Origin: Marsupella aquatica
Taxonomy: Eukaryota; Plantae; Marchantiophyta
DNA: 64,000 nucleotides
Reading direction: 5' to 3'
Assembly (NCBI GenBank): GCA_973895155.1
Contig: OZ316898.1
Location: 1,587,927-1,651,926 of the forward strand
Positions 38,291-52,746 of this stretch are shown one piece after another (position 1 is the stretch's first letter; each line of letters opens with the position of its first letter). The notes below the pieces were generated by a model. The model worked only from the letters and a program-made list of their open reading frames with translations, searched no databases and was not told the DNA's origin. The position numbers were made by a program, and so were the translations under genes.

Positions 38291-40188
38291 TAGATCTATC
38301 GTTTAGGTATCAGAGTTGGCATGTGCTTTTGGATTGTGGTTTGAGTCACATTTCTGAAAAACCTTGCCAATTTTGTCCTCCTTTCTGGCTTTGGTCACGA
38401 AAGGTGTACTGTATCTATATTTGTCTTCCTCTTTCTCTATGTCATGGTGAGGGACTCATAGGCAAAGACGAGGATACGAAAGGACGGATTGGTGGTGAGG
38501 CCTCTTGCGAAGTTGTTCTGTGGCATGGAACCTACCAAAGCCGCCAAGATCGATGACACTGTTGGAATGTATTCGCCATGGCTCTTTAGGCAGATACATA
38601 CCTGACTAAAACCAAGAACTGAGAGGTCTAGGTTCTGGAAGTGTGTGATTGCCACAAACAACGAGGATTCTGATCGAACATTTCAATTCCAGTGACAAGT
38701 AGACAGCAAGTTAAGTTGACCTGATTTGTTGGGAATTCGTTGAGAGTTACAAGGCTTTCATAGTCAGACAGATTATTTTAATGTACCCCAAGTGCAATCG
38801 CTGGCTTTCAAGCTGTCGTACACAGAGAGCAACTGCCTTTCACTCTCTATATAGAGAAGATTTCCCATACCGTTGGACAAGCTCAGCCACGCTCAATTGG
38901 GTGCTCTACAAGCGGCACCTATCCCCAGCAACAGTAACTGAAACGACTTTTCAGGTTGACTCTTCTGCTTCTGTCAAATGCTAGATAAGTGTAAGAAATA
39001 TTAGCTTCTCACGTACCTTTACTCTTCACCATAGGCAAAAAGACGACAGACTTCGGAGATATCTCTCATAGGTAAACGATTTTGGCAAACACACTATTGC
39101 CAACAATGGACCAGTCTGCAAATGATTGAAATTCGGACCATGATCGGAACAGAAAGTGCATTTTGGCACATATTTTAAAAAGATTAGGAGGAAAGCAATA
39201 ACCAATGCAACCTACTGGCTGAAGACGAGACGAAGGTGGAGTGGTTAATAATGACTTGTTTGAGCTGCAGACTGTTCGTGTAGCGGTAGGCATTAAAACC
39301 TTCGAGCCATAAACCCTACTGTTGGGTGAAAGGAACTCAGATCAGGACCGATACCATAATTGTGGCTGGGCAGCTATAAACCCCCCGCAATGGGCCCAGA
39401 ACTAAGGCAAGGGGCAGTAAAACATGATCTTCGGGTCAATCCTAGGACACTGGATGAATGGAACAAGGTACGAGATAGACCGTAATTTTTACAGCCATAG
39501 GTGCCTTTGAGTCAGACAAGTAGAAGCCAAGGAGGTGTCCAGCTTAAACCCCAAACCGTTGCTAAACTGAACCAAGGAAGGAAATGGATTCAGTCGACAA
39601 AGTCTATACCATGGATGTGGGGACTTTGACAGAAACCGTGCTCGAGTCATATAATCCCCCAGCTGGGATGGAGAGCAGAACGACAAGTATGTAACCAAAT
39701 GGATGCACAGAACTCATAGAAAGGATGGAATAGCATAAACCCTTACCATTGATATACAGATGAAAAATTAAGAGGGAAACCCGAATTCCCAGAGACTCTA
39801 TTGTCCCGGCTTGGCAAGGATTGGTTCTAGAAATTCAGAACAAAGCCACTGGACTTAAGTAGTAGTTCATTCATTTTCACTTCATGAAGACCCAACAGGG
39901 TTACAGAACTGTCAGTCGTTTTTCCTAGCCACCCTCCAGAACATTCATTCTAAAGACTATTCCGTGTTCGTGGTAGGGGAGAAATCTGGAATAAACTTGC
40001 GGCTCCCATCTATACTTTTGATTAACCTGCTCCAAAAAAACAAGTTTTGGAAAATTATCTGCTCGGCTGCACTTGTCTTCTAAAACATTCTCCTAATCTA
40101 CAGGATAGTCACCTCTTTTAACATTATTTCTCCTAATCTGAACAATTTTCCCATGAAAACAATCTCCTACCTAAACTTACCATACCCT

Positions 40189-41433
<1,245 letters not shown>

Positions 41434-42429
41434 TCACTTTTCGTTTCCCCTACCTGCAGCTGCAGCTGCCGATGTGATGAGATGAATGCTCCAATCACTC
41501 ACTCACTCACTCACTCCTGAGCTCCTGAGCTCGGGGCAGACGGGATGGCACGCAGAACTGGGAAGTCCACTCCTGTTCGAAATGAGGAACAGGAGGACAT
41601 CAGATCAACTCAGCTGCAGGGGCAGAAGGTATAGAGAGAGGAGGATGCGTGTTTTCCCACACGAAGAATTTTCTTCCGTCAGCGATGTCAACCCACTAGT
41701 GTACGAGGATAAGATTTGTGACGCATTGTATCTTGTTCGCCCAATGATGGTGCTTTACTCGATGTTTCTTCGATCACCCCCGACTCACAGAGTTCGGTGA
41801 GCCCCTCTCTTGACCCCTTGAGGTTTGCAGGACCTCAGTCTGACAGGGTGGTTGAGCCCTCCTTACACTGTCATTTGCCCATACCCCACCACTTCGATCT
41901 CTTTGTACACTGTCATTTCTGTGTAGAATACAGGTTACCCCTTCAATCTCTGTGTACATTGTAATTTATGGACAAGATAATGTCCTGGTTAAAGGGCATT
42001 CTCAATTCCCCCCAAAGAGAGGGCAGTGTGTTGTGAGGGGCATTATTCTCATAATGTTTGTTACTAGCACGCCCAAGTCTTGAGTGACATTATTCTCATA
42101 ATGCTTATAACTAGGACATTCACATATGTAAAAATTTGACTGATTTTTCAAAACTAGCAAAGAAAAAATGAATCTCTAAAATAGAAAATTGAAGTTAAAG
42201 GGCCATACATGAAGTGGTTGTTATGCAGTTGGCCCAAAACATGAAAGAAGTTGGAAGAAAATCTTGTGATCTTTGGTAGAATTTATTTATTTTATATGGT
42301 AAAACTAATTTGGGTTTTACCTTTCCTACATTTATGGTGTTTTGCACAATCCCCTCCTCAAAAGAAGCAAGGCTCTATGGAAAATTAATGCACTCAAAAA
42401 TACAAAAAGAAAAATCACAAGAGTTTTTG

Positions 42430-42795
42430 TGTACAGACTACAGGTTACGGGTAGTGGAGGTCTTATCTCCTACAGTAGTTTTGCTTCTCATTGGCTTCTT
42501 TTGACAATGGGTGTCGGTTGCACTATAGAGTGTACAATCATTCACTCTTCTTTGTAAGGCCAAGGTGGTTGGTTTTAGGGACTATAGCCAAATTCTTCTA
42601 TGTGACCCTTCTATGCAGTTTAGTCGGGGGTTTTTCAATTTGCTACTCAGTAGGGCTTTAATTATTTTGCCGTTGGTGGGACTCACAGTTTTTGGCTCTT
42701 TGGTCTTCCTGTGTTTTCCCAGTGTTTCTCCCCTTTATTGGGTTCCTGCCTTTGGGATCTTGTCTCCGGATTCAAGCCTTTGCTCTTTGTGAGTG
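42430..42795 (+). mobile_element. Degenerate 3' fragment of the CRE-like element
   Basis: ttcttttgaca..gggtgtcggttgcact..ttcactcttc..ggtggttggttttaggg..cccctttattgggtt..gggatcttgtctcc matches the 26.9 kb copy. Confidence 0.7.
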
Positions 42796-43080
42796 TTCTG
42801 AATATCTTGGACAGTATGATATATAACTTCACCTAAGATCTTGGGCAACAACTGCATTGTAGATAGAATATACGAGGGAAAACTACCTGCAGGTTTTGGG
42901 ATTTGCTTTGCCCCTTTATACGACTTTAGGGTTATACGTAAGGTAGTTAACATACTGAAACCCCTTAGAGCGATGGACTCTGGCTGTCTTGGGAGCTGAT
43001 GTGGGGCTCACTTACTATTCACCTGTCACTTCTCACCCCCACCTTTCAGCCTGCTGACTCTTTTAGCGGCCTGGGATTAG

Positions 43081-43941
43081 GCTGCAAGGGCATGGAGTTT
43101 GCAATCGCTAGGTTTTTAGCTGGCCTGGGATTAAGCAAATGTGGAATTCCTTAAATCTAAATCTAAACACTATATAATATGCAATCTTGCTCTGTCTCAT
43201 GGCTTGTTTACAAAATGTTATTATCCTAGGAAACCTCTCTATCCATTCGATTATGATGACATTTATCATTATCATGAGATTAAAAGTGTCATTGTGCACC
43301 TTTCCACACCCAACCCCTTTCCACACCTCCACACCCAACCAGTCACTCTCCCCAAAACTTGCACACTCTTGACATCTAGGTGCCAGGCCAACTTGGTGAC
43401 TTCCCATCTTGTCCATCTGGCCATCTCACTTACACTTGAGAACACTTCTCCTCAATATCACTTATCATCTACAATACTCTGCAATGCACAGGTATTGGGC
43501 TAGTGATTTTATAGATCAACAAATATTAATCTCCCAACAATTGAAGCTTAGTCTACAGTCTGCATTGCCCAGAAAGGAAGAATCTTGGCATTATGCCCAA
43601 AGCCACCATTGTGTCACACTTAGTTCTTACAGTTAGGAATTATAACAAAAGATAAACAGCGTGACAAGTGTACACAGTCATGACAAAGAACATAGAGAAC
43701 GGATATTTGTATTCAATAATTCAAGCACCATGCGGTCCTGGAACTGTATTTGTATGCATAGATACTCTCTATGTTGAGGCATTTGCAAATCGCACTTTGC
43801 CATTGTATCTACTGAAATCCATTCTAAGCAATTTCAGTTCGATTGGGCTATTCGCTGATAGGAAAGGATGAAACATTCCTCTCCCCATAGTTCATAGAGA
43901 GAATCCAAACCTAACGTTTGCAAGCTCCATGCCCTTGCAGC
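43081..43941. mobile_element. Non-autonomous TIR element (about 860 bp) or long-range inverted repeat
   Basis: gctgcaagggcatggagtttgcaatcgctaggttt at 43081 is the near-perfect reverse complement of about 43907-43941; no clean TSD. Confidence 0.65.
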
Positions 43942-44550
43942 TCACCTTTTTCAGCTGCAACCACGGGTTGCAGAGGGAAAAACAACAGGCGTCGTAAGGC
44001 ACAGTGTTTCATAATCTACCTCAAAAACCTTTGCAGACCAGATTCAACTGCTGAGATTAAACCCGGGAAACTAGGTCGCCACTGAAGGTTATCCCTGCAT
44101 TTTTGGAATCTCTTCATTCAAACCTAACGACCTTCCAGTGCCCCCATCTGATCTGGGTCTACTCAGAGTCCAGTGAGCACATCATATAATTTAGTTTTCA
44201 TGACATAAGATAAACCAATATCTAACGAGCCCACATGACCAGTAGCTGCTATTCAGGTGAAGAATCTTTTCAATCATTGCAGTGTCGAAGGCAACCAGAG
44301 CATTTGGTTCAAAGTACCCAGATTTGGTGGACTGACATAGGGCAGATGAGAACGACGCAAAAGTATAAACCCATTGCGATCTTAAGAATATAGAAGAATC
44401 TCTTTCTAACCTCTTTTGAACAGGCCAATTGTGAAAATTTCATGCATCATCAGAAAGATGAAACCTCTTCTGAACGCAAAGTAGGTAAAACTTCTTACAG
44501 ACCAATAACTAAGCTAAGGCATAGCATAGGAGCAACATTCGTACTACAGG

Positions 44551-45855
44551 CTAGCCTGAAAAGAGAGACTCATCCAGATCGACTTGAATGAAGTCGTCTT
44601 TCTCAACTTCCTGCTTTGGTGGCCTCGGCGGTAGGGGAGTAATCCCTAATCCCCTACTTTTTGAGCTGTTCTTCGGTCGTGCCTGCCAGCCCATTCCATC
44701 AAACCAGATTTTAGTACTTGAAGAAAGGAGATGATTAGCGAAATATTACTGTTGGCATCCACGGCACACATAGAATCAACTGATGCTCTTCAACTACGGG
44801 GATTCCTCAAAATTGATGATGGGGGTCAAGTACTTACATTTCCAAAAGAACCTTTGAACCTCTTCCCCTTGGTTGTGCGCTTGTCACCTCTACCACATCT
44901 CACTGCCAGAGGGTTAATGAAGTGTATTAGGGCTCAGTCAATGTAAACACCGTTCCTAGGGCAACATGTCCACAATGAAGTTTAAAGAAACTCACTGTCG
45001 GGTCCAATGTGCCCTGTCCAGGAATCCTGAGAGGACAACATTCACGATAACTATGATCTACACCTCACAAAAGGCAGCAGCATCGGATTTAATTCACATG
45101 AAACATTGGATACGAACTTTTGTTATCTACTCCATGATTACACAAAATCTGCGCCAGGGATACCTGGAGCAAGATACAAACGTAGAATCTATACCTTCCT
45201 GTCCGCAATTTAATCAGCTGAAATAGTGAGGGAACGCCCTTCAGCTCTATGCAAGAGAAACCTGTTTTTTAGCCCTACTGACGGAAAGACAGTTCCAGTA
45301 CGTCTAGGTTCATCCATTCATACTATATTAGAAGTTTACTTGTGCATGCTTCCTTTCCTGAGGGGTTTGGAATTCTGAACATACGGTGAATTCTCAACCT
45401 TTCAATGTTCTATGGAATCCGCGCAGGAGAACATTTTGGGACGCTTGTGCACTGCCCATCATACAACGACATAGCATTGACTTACTGTGATCATGAAGGT
45501 TGGTTATGACTAATTCATCCTCCTTTTTGTTTAACTCCCTCTCTCTCTCTCGCTTGCTGAGGATTTACACGCGTCCTAGAGCAATGAATAGGGCTCGTCT
45601 GGACCCCTTCACAGTGTGCTGGTGAACCTCCATGAAAGTGTTAAGGACTCTGTTTCCTGTCGATCGGTACTCTGTTTACTTCAAACAGCAAACACGGCAT
45701 GGACAAGTACCTGACGGGTATTGTTCTCTGATGCCTGCAACAGAAACGGAGCTTGGAGAGGCGAGCAATTGGCGAGCCGAATCGGTCCCGCCCACAAAGC
45801 ACGACCTCACGGCAGCTACGCTCGTCGTCGCGGCCGCTTGTAATGTTGCTGCCAT
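44551..45855 (-). CDS. PSRP4: Plastid 30S ribosomal protein bTHX/S31 (PSRP4)
   Basis: Exons 45855-45711, 44902-44838, 44682-44551 (GT-AG, in phase, 113 aa); transit peptide then [24 protein letters not shown] and C-terminal IQVDLDESLF. Confidence 0.92.
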
Positions 45856-48419
45856 CGCTGCCGACTTTACCAATTAATCAAATCCTCCTTCCTTGCCGCT
45901 GCTGCTGGTTCTCGCTCCCAATGCTGGAGCGCTGCTCTGTTTGATCTCGCCCAATTCGCCTCTATGGTGAATCTGTCTCGGGGCCGTGAACCCTTCGAAG
46001 AAAGGCGGAAGCCAAGTTCGAACAATGGGGCTTTAGAATCTGAGCTATGGCGTCCTCGGCTTTTTCTTTGCAGCGACTGTAGCGGATAAGGAGTCTCGTG
46101 AGGCAATACACACTAGACTGTAATTCCACCACCATTTTACAGTTTACAGTAGATACTGAGCGGTATACACAGTAAGCCTATTCTTGGTAAAGTCAAGCGG
46201 TGTTGTATCTGTGAAGTGCTTCAACTTCCAAAAAAGGGGTTGTATGAGTGATAAAATTGGAAATTTTGGTCCGCTTTTGGTTACTAAAATATATTGCAAA
46301 AATGGTTGAAATTCCATATTTATGCTGCTACATGTCATAGGGACAGTAAATTTGTAGCAATGGGATCCTCCATTGTCATCCACTGATTGCAACACACACT
46401 AGGTTGATAGGAGAAGTTCACTTACTACAATGTGGGTTGCCCAATGAAGTTCAGCCTTGAACATCGTGTACTGAATTTGTATTCTATACAAAACAAGAAA
46501 AACCATCATTCATGATTCATTTCAGTGGAATTAGTCACCATCCTATTTTTTTTATGATGTTTACTTTGTAGCATCATGCTTGAATGTGGCACTTGATGAT
46601 GATTCAGTTGCCATCAGTTCAGGCTGGAGCACAGTGAACTTGGTGATCAGATTCAACTGCCATCAGTTCAAGATGGAGCAAAGTGAATTGGCACCACAAC
46701 GGTAATTGCCTGGGATCTATTGGTTCATAGATGACACAGTAGTCAAGATCCACAAACCATGGTTCAATTTGTCATGGTGATTATTTGTCAGCGGTTCTTT
46801 GTTGATGATCTTATTATTGTACCCACACAAAATGACTACCATGAATACTTGTAGGAAGATCTTGGAAATATATATATATATATATATATATGTTGGTACA
46901 AATTTCTTCATCATGTGATTAAGGACAAAAGTTAATTGAAGCTAATTAATGTTAATCCACATTAATTAGCCCGTAAGTAGTTGCCCTTTGCATGCATGTA
47001 CCAAATCCAATCATGAGGATAAATAATTGGCACAAGACGAAGTAACTATCAGCTTGCCCCAAGCTTAGTGGTAGCCTAGCTCATTGGGGTACAGCAAGTC
47101 CCTGGTTTGAGGACCTGTTTGAAACTTGTTGGCTCCATACTGTTCTAACATTCACCTCATCCAAAAGTGGGGTTCATTCATGCTAGTGACACTAAGGCAA
47201 AATTTGGAGTGGACAAACAACGGGCATAGGCAGGTAAGTACGGAAGGCTCTTAATGAGCCTTCAGTTTGCCCTTCGCCGTGAATTTCATGTGTAAGTGTG
47301 GTGTAAGTGAGGATGCACAAGCCATGAATGCAAGTACAGTACCAACATGCAGCAAGATGCATGCACGATACAAACTTAAAGTTGAATGGGGAATTGGAGA
47401 GTTGAAGCTCAAGTGGAGGCAGTTGATGGAGGGGTATGACCTGTGAAAAATACAAATTGAAGGAGGTGATTACTGTTGCAACAATACTCACCAATTTTTT
47501 GCAAGGAAGGTGTAATGATCATAGTGAAGAAATAGAAGGTGAATAAATTGCAAACAACTATAAAGTTTAATTGATTGGTTAGTGACTATGCATGAGGTTT
47601 TGAGAACTACAAATGGGGCAATTAAATGGCTAGATATGCAAAAGTTGCCTATTAGCATCATGACTGTAGGTTGTTAAAAAAATCAGTAGCTTCTTGCCTC
47701 AATGGAGTGTTATACAATAGAGCACCAGCCTCGGACATGTTTCTATTTTGTCAAGTACTTCAAAAATTGCACCACTAGATCAAGAACTGTCTGTCATGAT
47801 GATCAGCTAATTAATTTGCTTGTATGGGGCTCACCATGAACAGGTTAAACTCCAAAATAATGAATTCGTGTGAACTAGTGATGTTCATGACTCTGAACTA
47901 GAGATCATATGAGTATATCTTCACAATAAAAGAAATGTTAGGTGAACTACTTTCATATTGCCAGGGCAGATTTATGGTTTTCCTGACATGTTTTGTGGAT
48001 GCAGTCAAAGTATTCTTCATATATTTTTTTAACATTGTCGTTTCCTAGAGCAATTTCTCTAAGTATGGAGCCCTTGTCACAAGCCTGGCCTCACAAGACA
48101 ATATCATTTCTTGTTTGACTTCTTTTATTTGTGAAAAGGAAGCCTGACAAGCTAGGATTTTAGCCTTAGTAGTATACCAGTTTTTTTATAAAACTTTATG
48201 AAACCCCACAGAAAAGGAACAATAATCTCTAGACCTATGAGTCTCAATTAGAAAAAAGGTGGCAGTTTATGTATTATGCAACAAAAAGATAACAATATAG
48301 TATATCTTAGTTGGTATTTTTTATTTCTGTTTATGACTCTTTCATGAAGAGCAAGGAATACACATCTCTTGGCTGCAGAAGCCTCTTACAATTAACCTAA
48401 ACATATACTACCTTCACTA

Positions 48420-48812
48420 TGTTAGGGTTTACTCTTAGGTCTAGAGTTATGATTGTACCGTAATTAGGGCTAACCTTAGTTGCAGACTAGGTTAGATCAG
48501 TCATGTTGTGCACATTCTATACCCAAGCAGTGTTTGATTGGAGAGTGGGAATTTAGGCTCATTGTAACGGAGCCAGTTGAGAGATAGAGAGAGCTTGTGT
48601 CGTGAATGTTTGGTATGGTAAGTCAGCCTAGAGGGCAGTAAAGCTCTTGTGTGTTCTCATTGACGTAGCCTCATGTGAAGGTGAACCACGTATCTCTCTA
48701 TATTGATTACTTGACTGTTGGATGCAGGGTTTAATGGTTATGGGCATGCCATTGGGAATGTTGGGTATGCTTGACAAACTAGGGATTACCCATACAACTT
48801 TGTGTTCAAACA
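48420..48812 (+). mobile_element. Solo LTR, same family as 9143-9503
   Basis: TGTTAGG start, collinear similarity over about 330 bp, AACA end; no TSD seen. Confidence 0.8.
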
Positions 48813-51800
48813 ATGCATGAGACAAAGATTGGGCTATAAAGTTTTTTAAGTGATCAAAGCTGCGCAAATTTATGCAATTTAAGCTTCTGGCGACCAAAAT
48901 TGGTTCTTTCAAATTTTTGATCAAAATTGTGACCTCGGTTAACTAACCAACATCAAATAGTGAGTTTAGATGCATAGGTCGCTCGTGCCCCTATTTGCTT
49001 GTTCTTTGCTTTTTCCCCTGTGTTGAGTTTGTGTGCTCTTCAATATATAGCATGTTCATTCTACTACATGCCTATTTTGACTTATCTAAAAGAATTGAAA
49101 TGGGTAGACATTTTAATTATAAAAAACAAGTATTGAAGAATAATTATAAGAAAGTTAATGCAAACCTTTTTAAAAATGAAAAAAATATAATATTTGAAGA
49201 CATTCACATTAATTTCAAGGTATTAGTCAATGTACTTGTATAAGTACAACAACACAATATGATTCAATTCAAAGAGAAGAGCGTGAACTACTGCACTTTG
49301 TTTGTAAAAACTTTTGCCTCTATTTGGGGCTCTCTATTTAGGTGACACCTATTCATCAATAAACCATGAATAATGTAAATTCTATAACCAATGGCATTTA
49401 AGGTGCACTCATCAATGAATAGTGTACTAGTTGCTTGGTTGAAGGGTCAAACCTTCTCTCATGCAGGTAAAAAAAAATATCCCTCAAAATGCTAAGAAAA
49501 ATAGGAGAGACCTAAATAAAAAGTAAGGACATTAAAAAAGTTAAAGGGGCTGCCAAAAATGACTAACTTCTAAATAATACATAGCTAAAGCATGGACTAG
49601 GCCAAATGAACATAAAAATACATTCCAATCAAATTGAATGAGACAAGATAGCCAAAAAGTGTCCCGCCATATAGCAGCCTCAAAAACATTCTTTGCTTGT
49701 TCTTTGCTTTTCCCCTTGTGTTGAGTTCAAATAAGTGATTTCATTCCCTATGCTCCCAAGTCTGCTCCTCCTACTGAAAACATTCAAATTTTAAAGTCTT
49801 TTCCTTCCCTTTTGTTATGTTTGGCACACATCGCAGGCCTCTAGGGGCTGGGTTTACCTCACGATGACAACAACTTTTTGTATGAGTATTGGATTGTGGT
49901 TTTGCAGATGCTAGTGCGGATAGGATTGCTCGTGGTGGAGGGAAGCTTGAGAACATCCCTGCCCCCCCCCCCCCTGCTTGCTTGTATGACAACATATGGC
50001 CTGGAGCTGGGCACCCCTCACCTCGTTGGCAATATCCTCATCCTGAAGCACCAACATCTATCATTGTCTGCAATTCCAGTGCTCAACTCTGCAAGTATCT
50101 CTCTCAAATGTTTTTTCAAGGTGGCCTCCCCAAACTGACAACCTAGAAACATTGGCTTGAATTGCAAGGTATACACAATTCCACACCCTCTTTGGAATCA
50201 TTTGCTTGGGAGTACTCTTCTTGCCTCAGCAAAAAATAGCAAACTCAGTCCTGTAAGCTTTGATCAAGTGCACCATCTGAATTCTGTCAACAATGGAAAG
50301 GGGAGCGAGATTTGTCTTAGCTTTCTTTTATGCTCTCTAAACAGGCAGTTTCCTGATATGCACTTGGCAAGGACTAGCTCCCATCTCCCTCTCAAATCCA
50401 TCTCCATCCTGGACTTCAACTCCATTGTTCCCTTCTTCCCTTTCCTCCTCCTTCTATGCTGCCACCAGGAACATTTCAAGGATGAGACGTGAATTTGTGG
50501 GAGCTCTTGCTGGACCCTTGCCTAGTGCTCCTTGTGCTTCACTGACATCTTCATAATTATGCTCCCTCTCCTACTGCCACATTCACTTCAACACCTGTTA
50601 TCTTTTGCCACCCCAACTCCAATGGCATGTAGTGTACATGGTTCAGCAAGAAGGGGGGCTGTACCTGAACTGGCCTCAACAGCAACACCTCAGGGTTCAC
50701 ACTCTACGTCAGGTTCCAGTGGTGGGAACCATAGGCTCGCCAAAGCATAAATGTGATTCAAGCAGATGCTGTGTGTTCCATTGCTAAGAAGTTCAAGGTA
50801 TCTTCAAACAAGCAAGATATGCTTGTGGATACAAAGAGAATGTAGGCACATGTAGTTTTGCTAAAGATGCCAAAGAATATAGCATTATTAATGAGCTGGA
50901 GTTCAAGGAGAAGCTCAAAGCTCTCCTCAAGTTTGAATCCTAGGTCGATGATCAACAATCTCATTTCCTTACAAGTAGCTTACCTTTTGAGAGTAGCTTG
51001 GATTTTATGATTATTGTTGGCTCATTTTAAGTATCTTATCTTTTTGGCAACTTGTATTCTTGAGGGGGTTGAATATAAAAAATCTTAAGAACCAAGTGCG
51101 ATCCAAAATAGGTGTTTTTGATAGAATTAATTAAAATTTTAAAAAGCATAGAAGACAAATGAAGGTTTTATAAATTGATGTTTATAGACTATTCTCTGAT
51201 ATATACCTTTTATATAGTAAAATAATTAATATTGAAAATGAAGAATACTCTTGCAATATTTTCTTTATAGAATATGTCTATTTATATTAGGCTAGGATCG
51301 CATGTGGTACCCCAAAATACACACTTAGTTAACTCCCCGAGCTTGTATGTTCCGATTCATGTTGGGTCCTTTGGCAGAGTGCTCATAAGTCAAAATGCTC
51401 ATACTTGCACCGTCTCCTTGAGGTCCTTTCTATTTATCATTTATTTTCTTTTGTCTCATTCTCCAAGGTAAAGCTCTCCTGTCATGTGACTCGGTAAAAC
51501 AATAGATGTTGTTACTCAATGGAAGTTCTTTGTAGATCTGGTGATCATGCAGGATTCTGAGGGCAGTTTTGTCGAGAGGCGAGAAAGGAAAAGAGACAAG
51601 GAAAGTCAATGATTTAACGACTTTAAGTTAACATTCCGCCATGATAGACTGCCATGTCAATCAAGATAAAATAAAGCCTTGTCAATAGCTAGAGGTTGGA
51701 TAGTAGCATTGTATGCGGCAAGTGGGGAGCATGCACTCAACAATTGTTTATTGGCTGGTATATCCGAGGACAAGGCTAATATTTTATATTTTAAATCCAT

Positions 51801-51879
51801 AAAGCAAAGCTCAATAAGTTTTCATGTCCGTGACACAAATTATTCTGATGAATAGCTCAATACCCGTGAGTTGCAGAAA

Positions 51880-52270
51880 ATATGTCTTGAAGAAAAAACA
51901 TGTCATTTCGCCCAGGATGTTGTTAAGAGAAAAGATGCACTGACGCCCAAGACGTTGTTTAGAGAAAAGATGTCGTGTCGCCCAATTTGTCGTTAAGAGA
52001 AAAAATGTCGTGTTTGTCTTGAAGAGAAAAGATGTCAAGTTGCCAAAGATGTTAAGAAAAAAGATGTCACTATGCCCAAGATAAAAGATGTTGTTAAGTA
52101 TAAAATTGTCCATAAGTAAAACTAAGGATGTTGTTAATCATATATGTTGTCAAGTCGATCTCCATTGTACAAAAGATGTTGCTGCGTCAAATGTGTCGTT
52201 GCATTGAAGGTGTTGTTAAATAAAAAATGTAGTTAAATAAAATATGTTGTTGCTTGAAAGATATCATTTT
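51880..52270 (+). repeat. Degenerate agaaaagatgt minisatellite
   Basis: Repeated gttaagagaaaagatgtc variants. Confidence 0.65.
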
Positions 52271-52668
52271 AAATCCTATTTTTCCAAGAATGTTACTCTT
52301 GTTACAAGGAGCACTTAGGGCAGTTTTGCCATTGCAGAGCTACCAAAGATTTTAATATGCGCTTGATTATACTGTAGGAGGCATGCAACATGAGTACTTC
52401 CCCCCTATAACATACATGGAAATTGAAGCACATCAATAGGCTATCAAAAACATCCATTTGCAGCCGGTTTCTCTGAGGATTGGGTGTGAAGTGGTGAGTC
52501 TCCTTATCACAAACCATGAGTCCATGGGGATCTCAGGCAACAATGTCTGGGTCCATCTGGGCTTCACTCCTATGGGGCTAACTTGGTTATTTCCCCATTT
52601 TACTTTTTCTGGGCTCTACAATAAGTATTGGACTGTACATGTGTAAATGAACTCCTGAGCTCTCGTTT

Positions 52669-52676
52669 TAGGGTTT
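52669..52676 (-). promoter_or_regulatory. Telo-box (AAACCCTA) just upstream of NEP1
   Basis: TAGGGTTT about 70 bp before the ATG; further ctaaaccctaaaccctaaa in intron 2; motif typical of plant ribosome-biogenesis genes. Confidence 0.55.
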
Positions 52677-52746
52677 TGGGTTTGTAAACTCCTGAGCTAG
52701 AGCGAAGCTCAGCTGCAGAGTGTGGGCAAGCTCCAGTGTCCAAGCG

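Noticed and set aside
49770-50960. Possible decayed transposase fragments
   Set aside because: No diagnostic motif recognised with confidence
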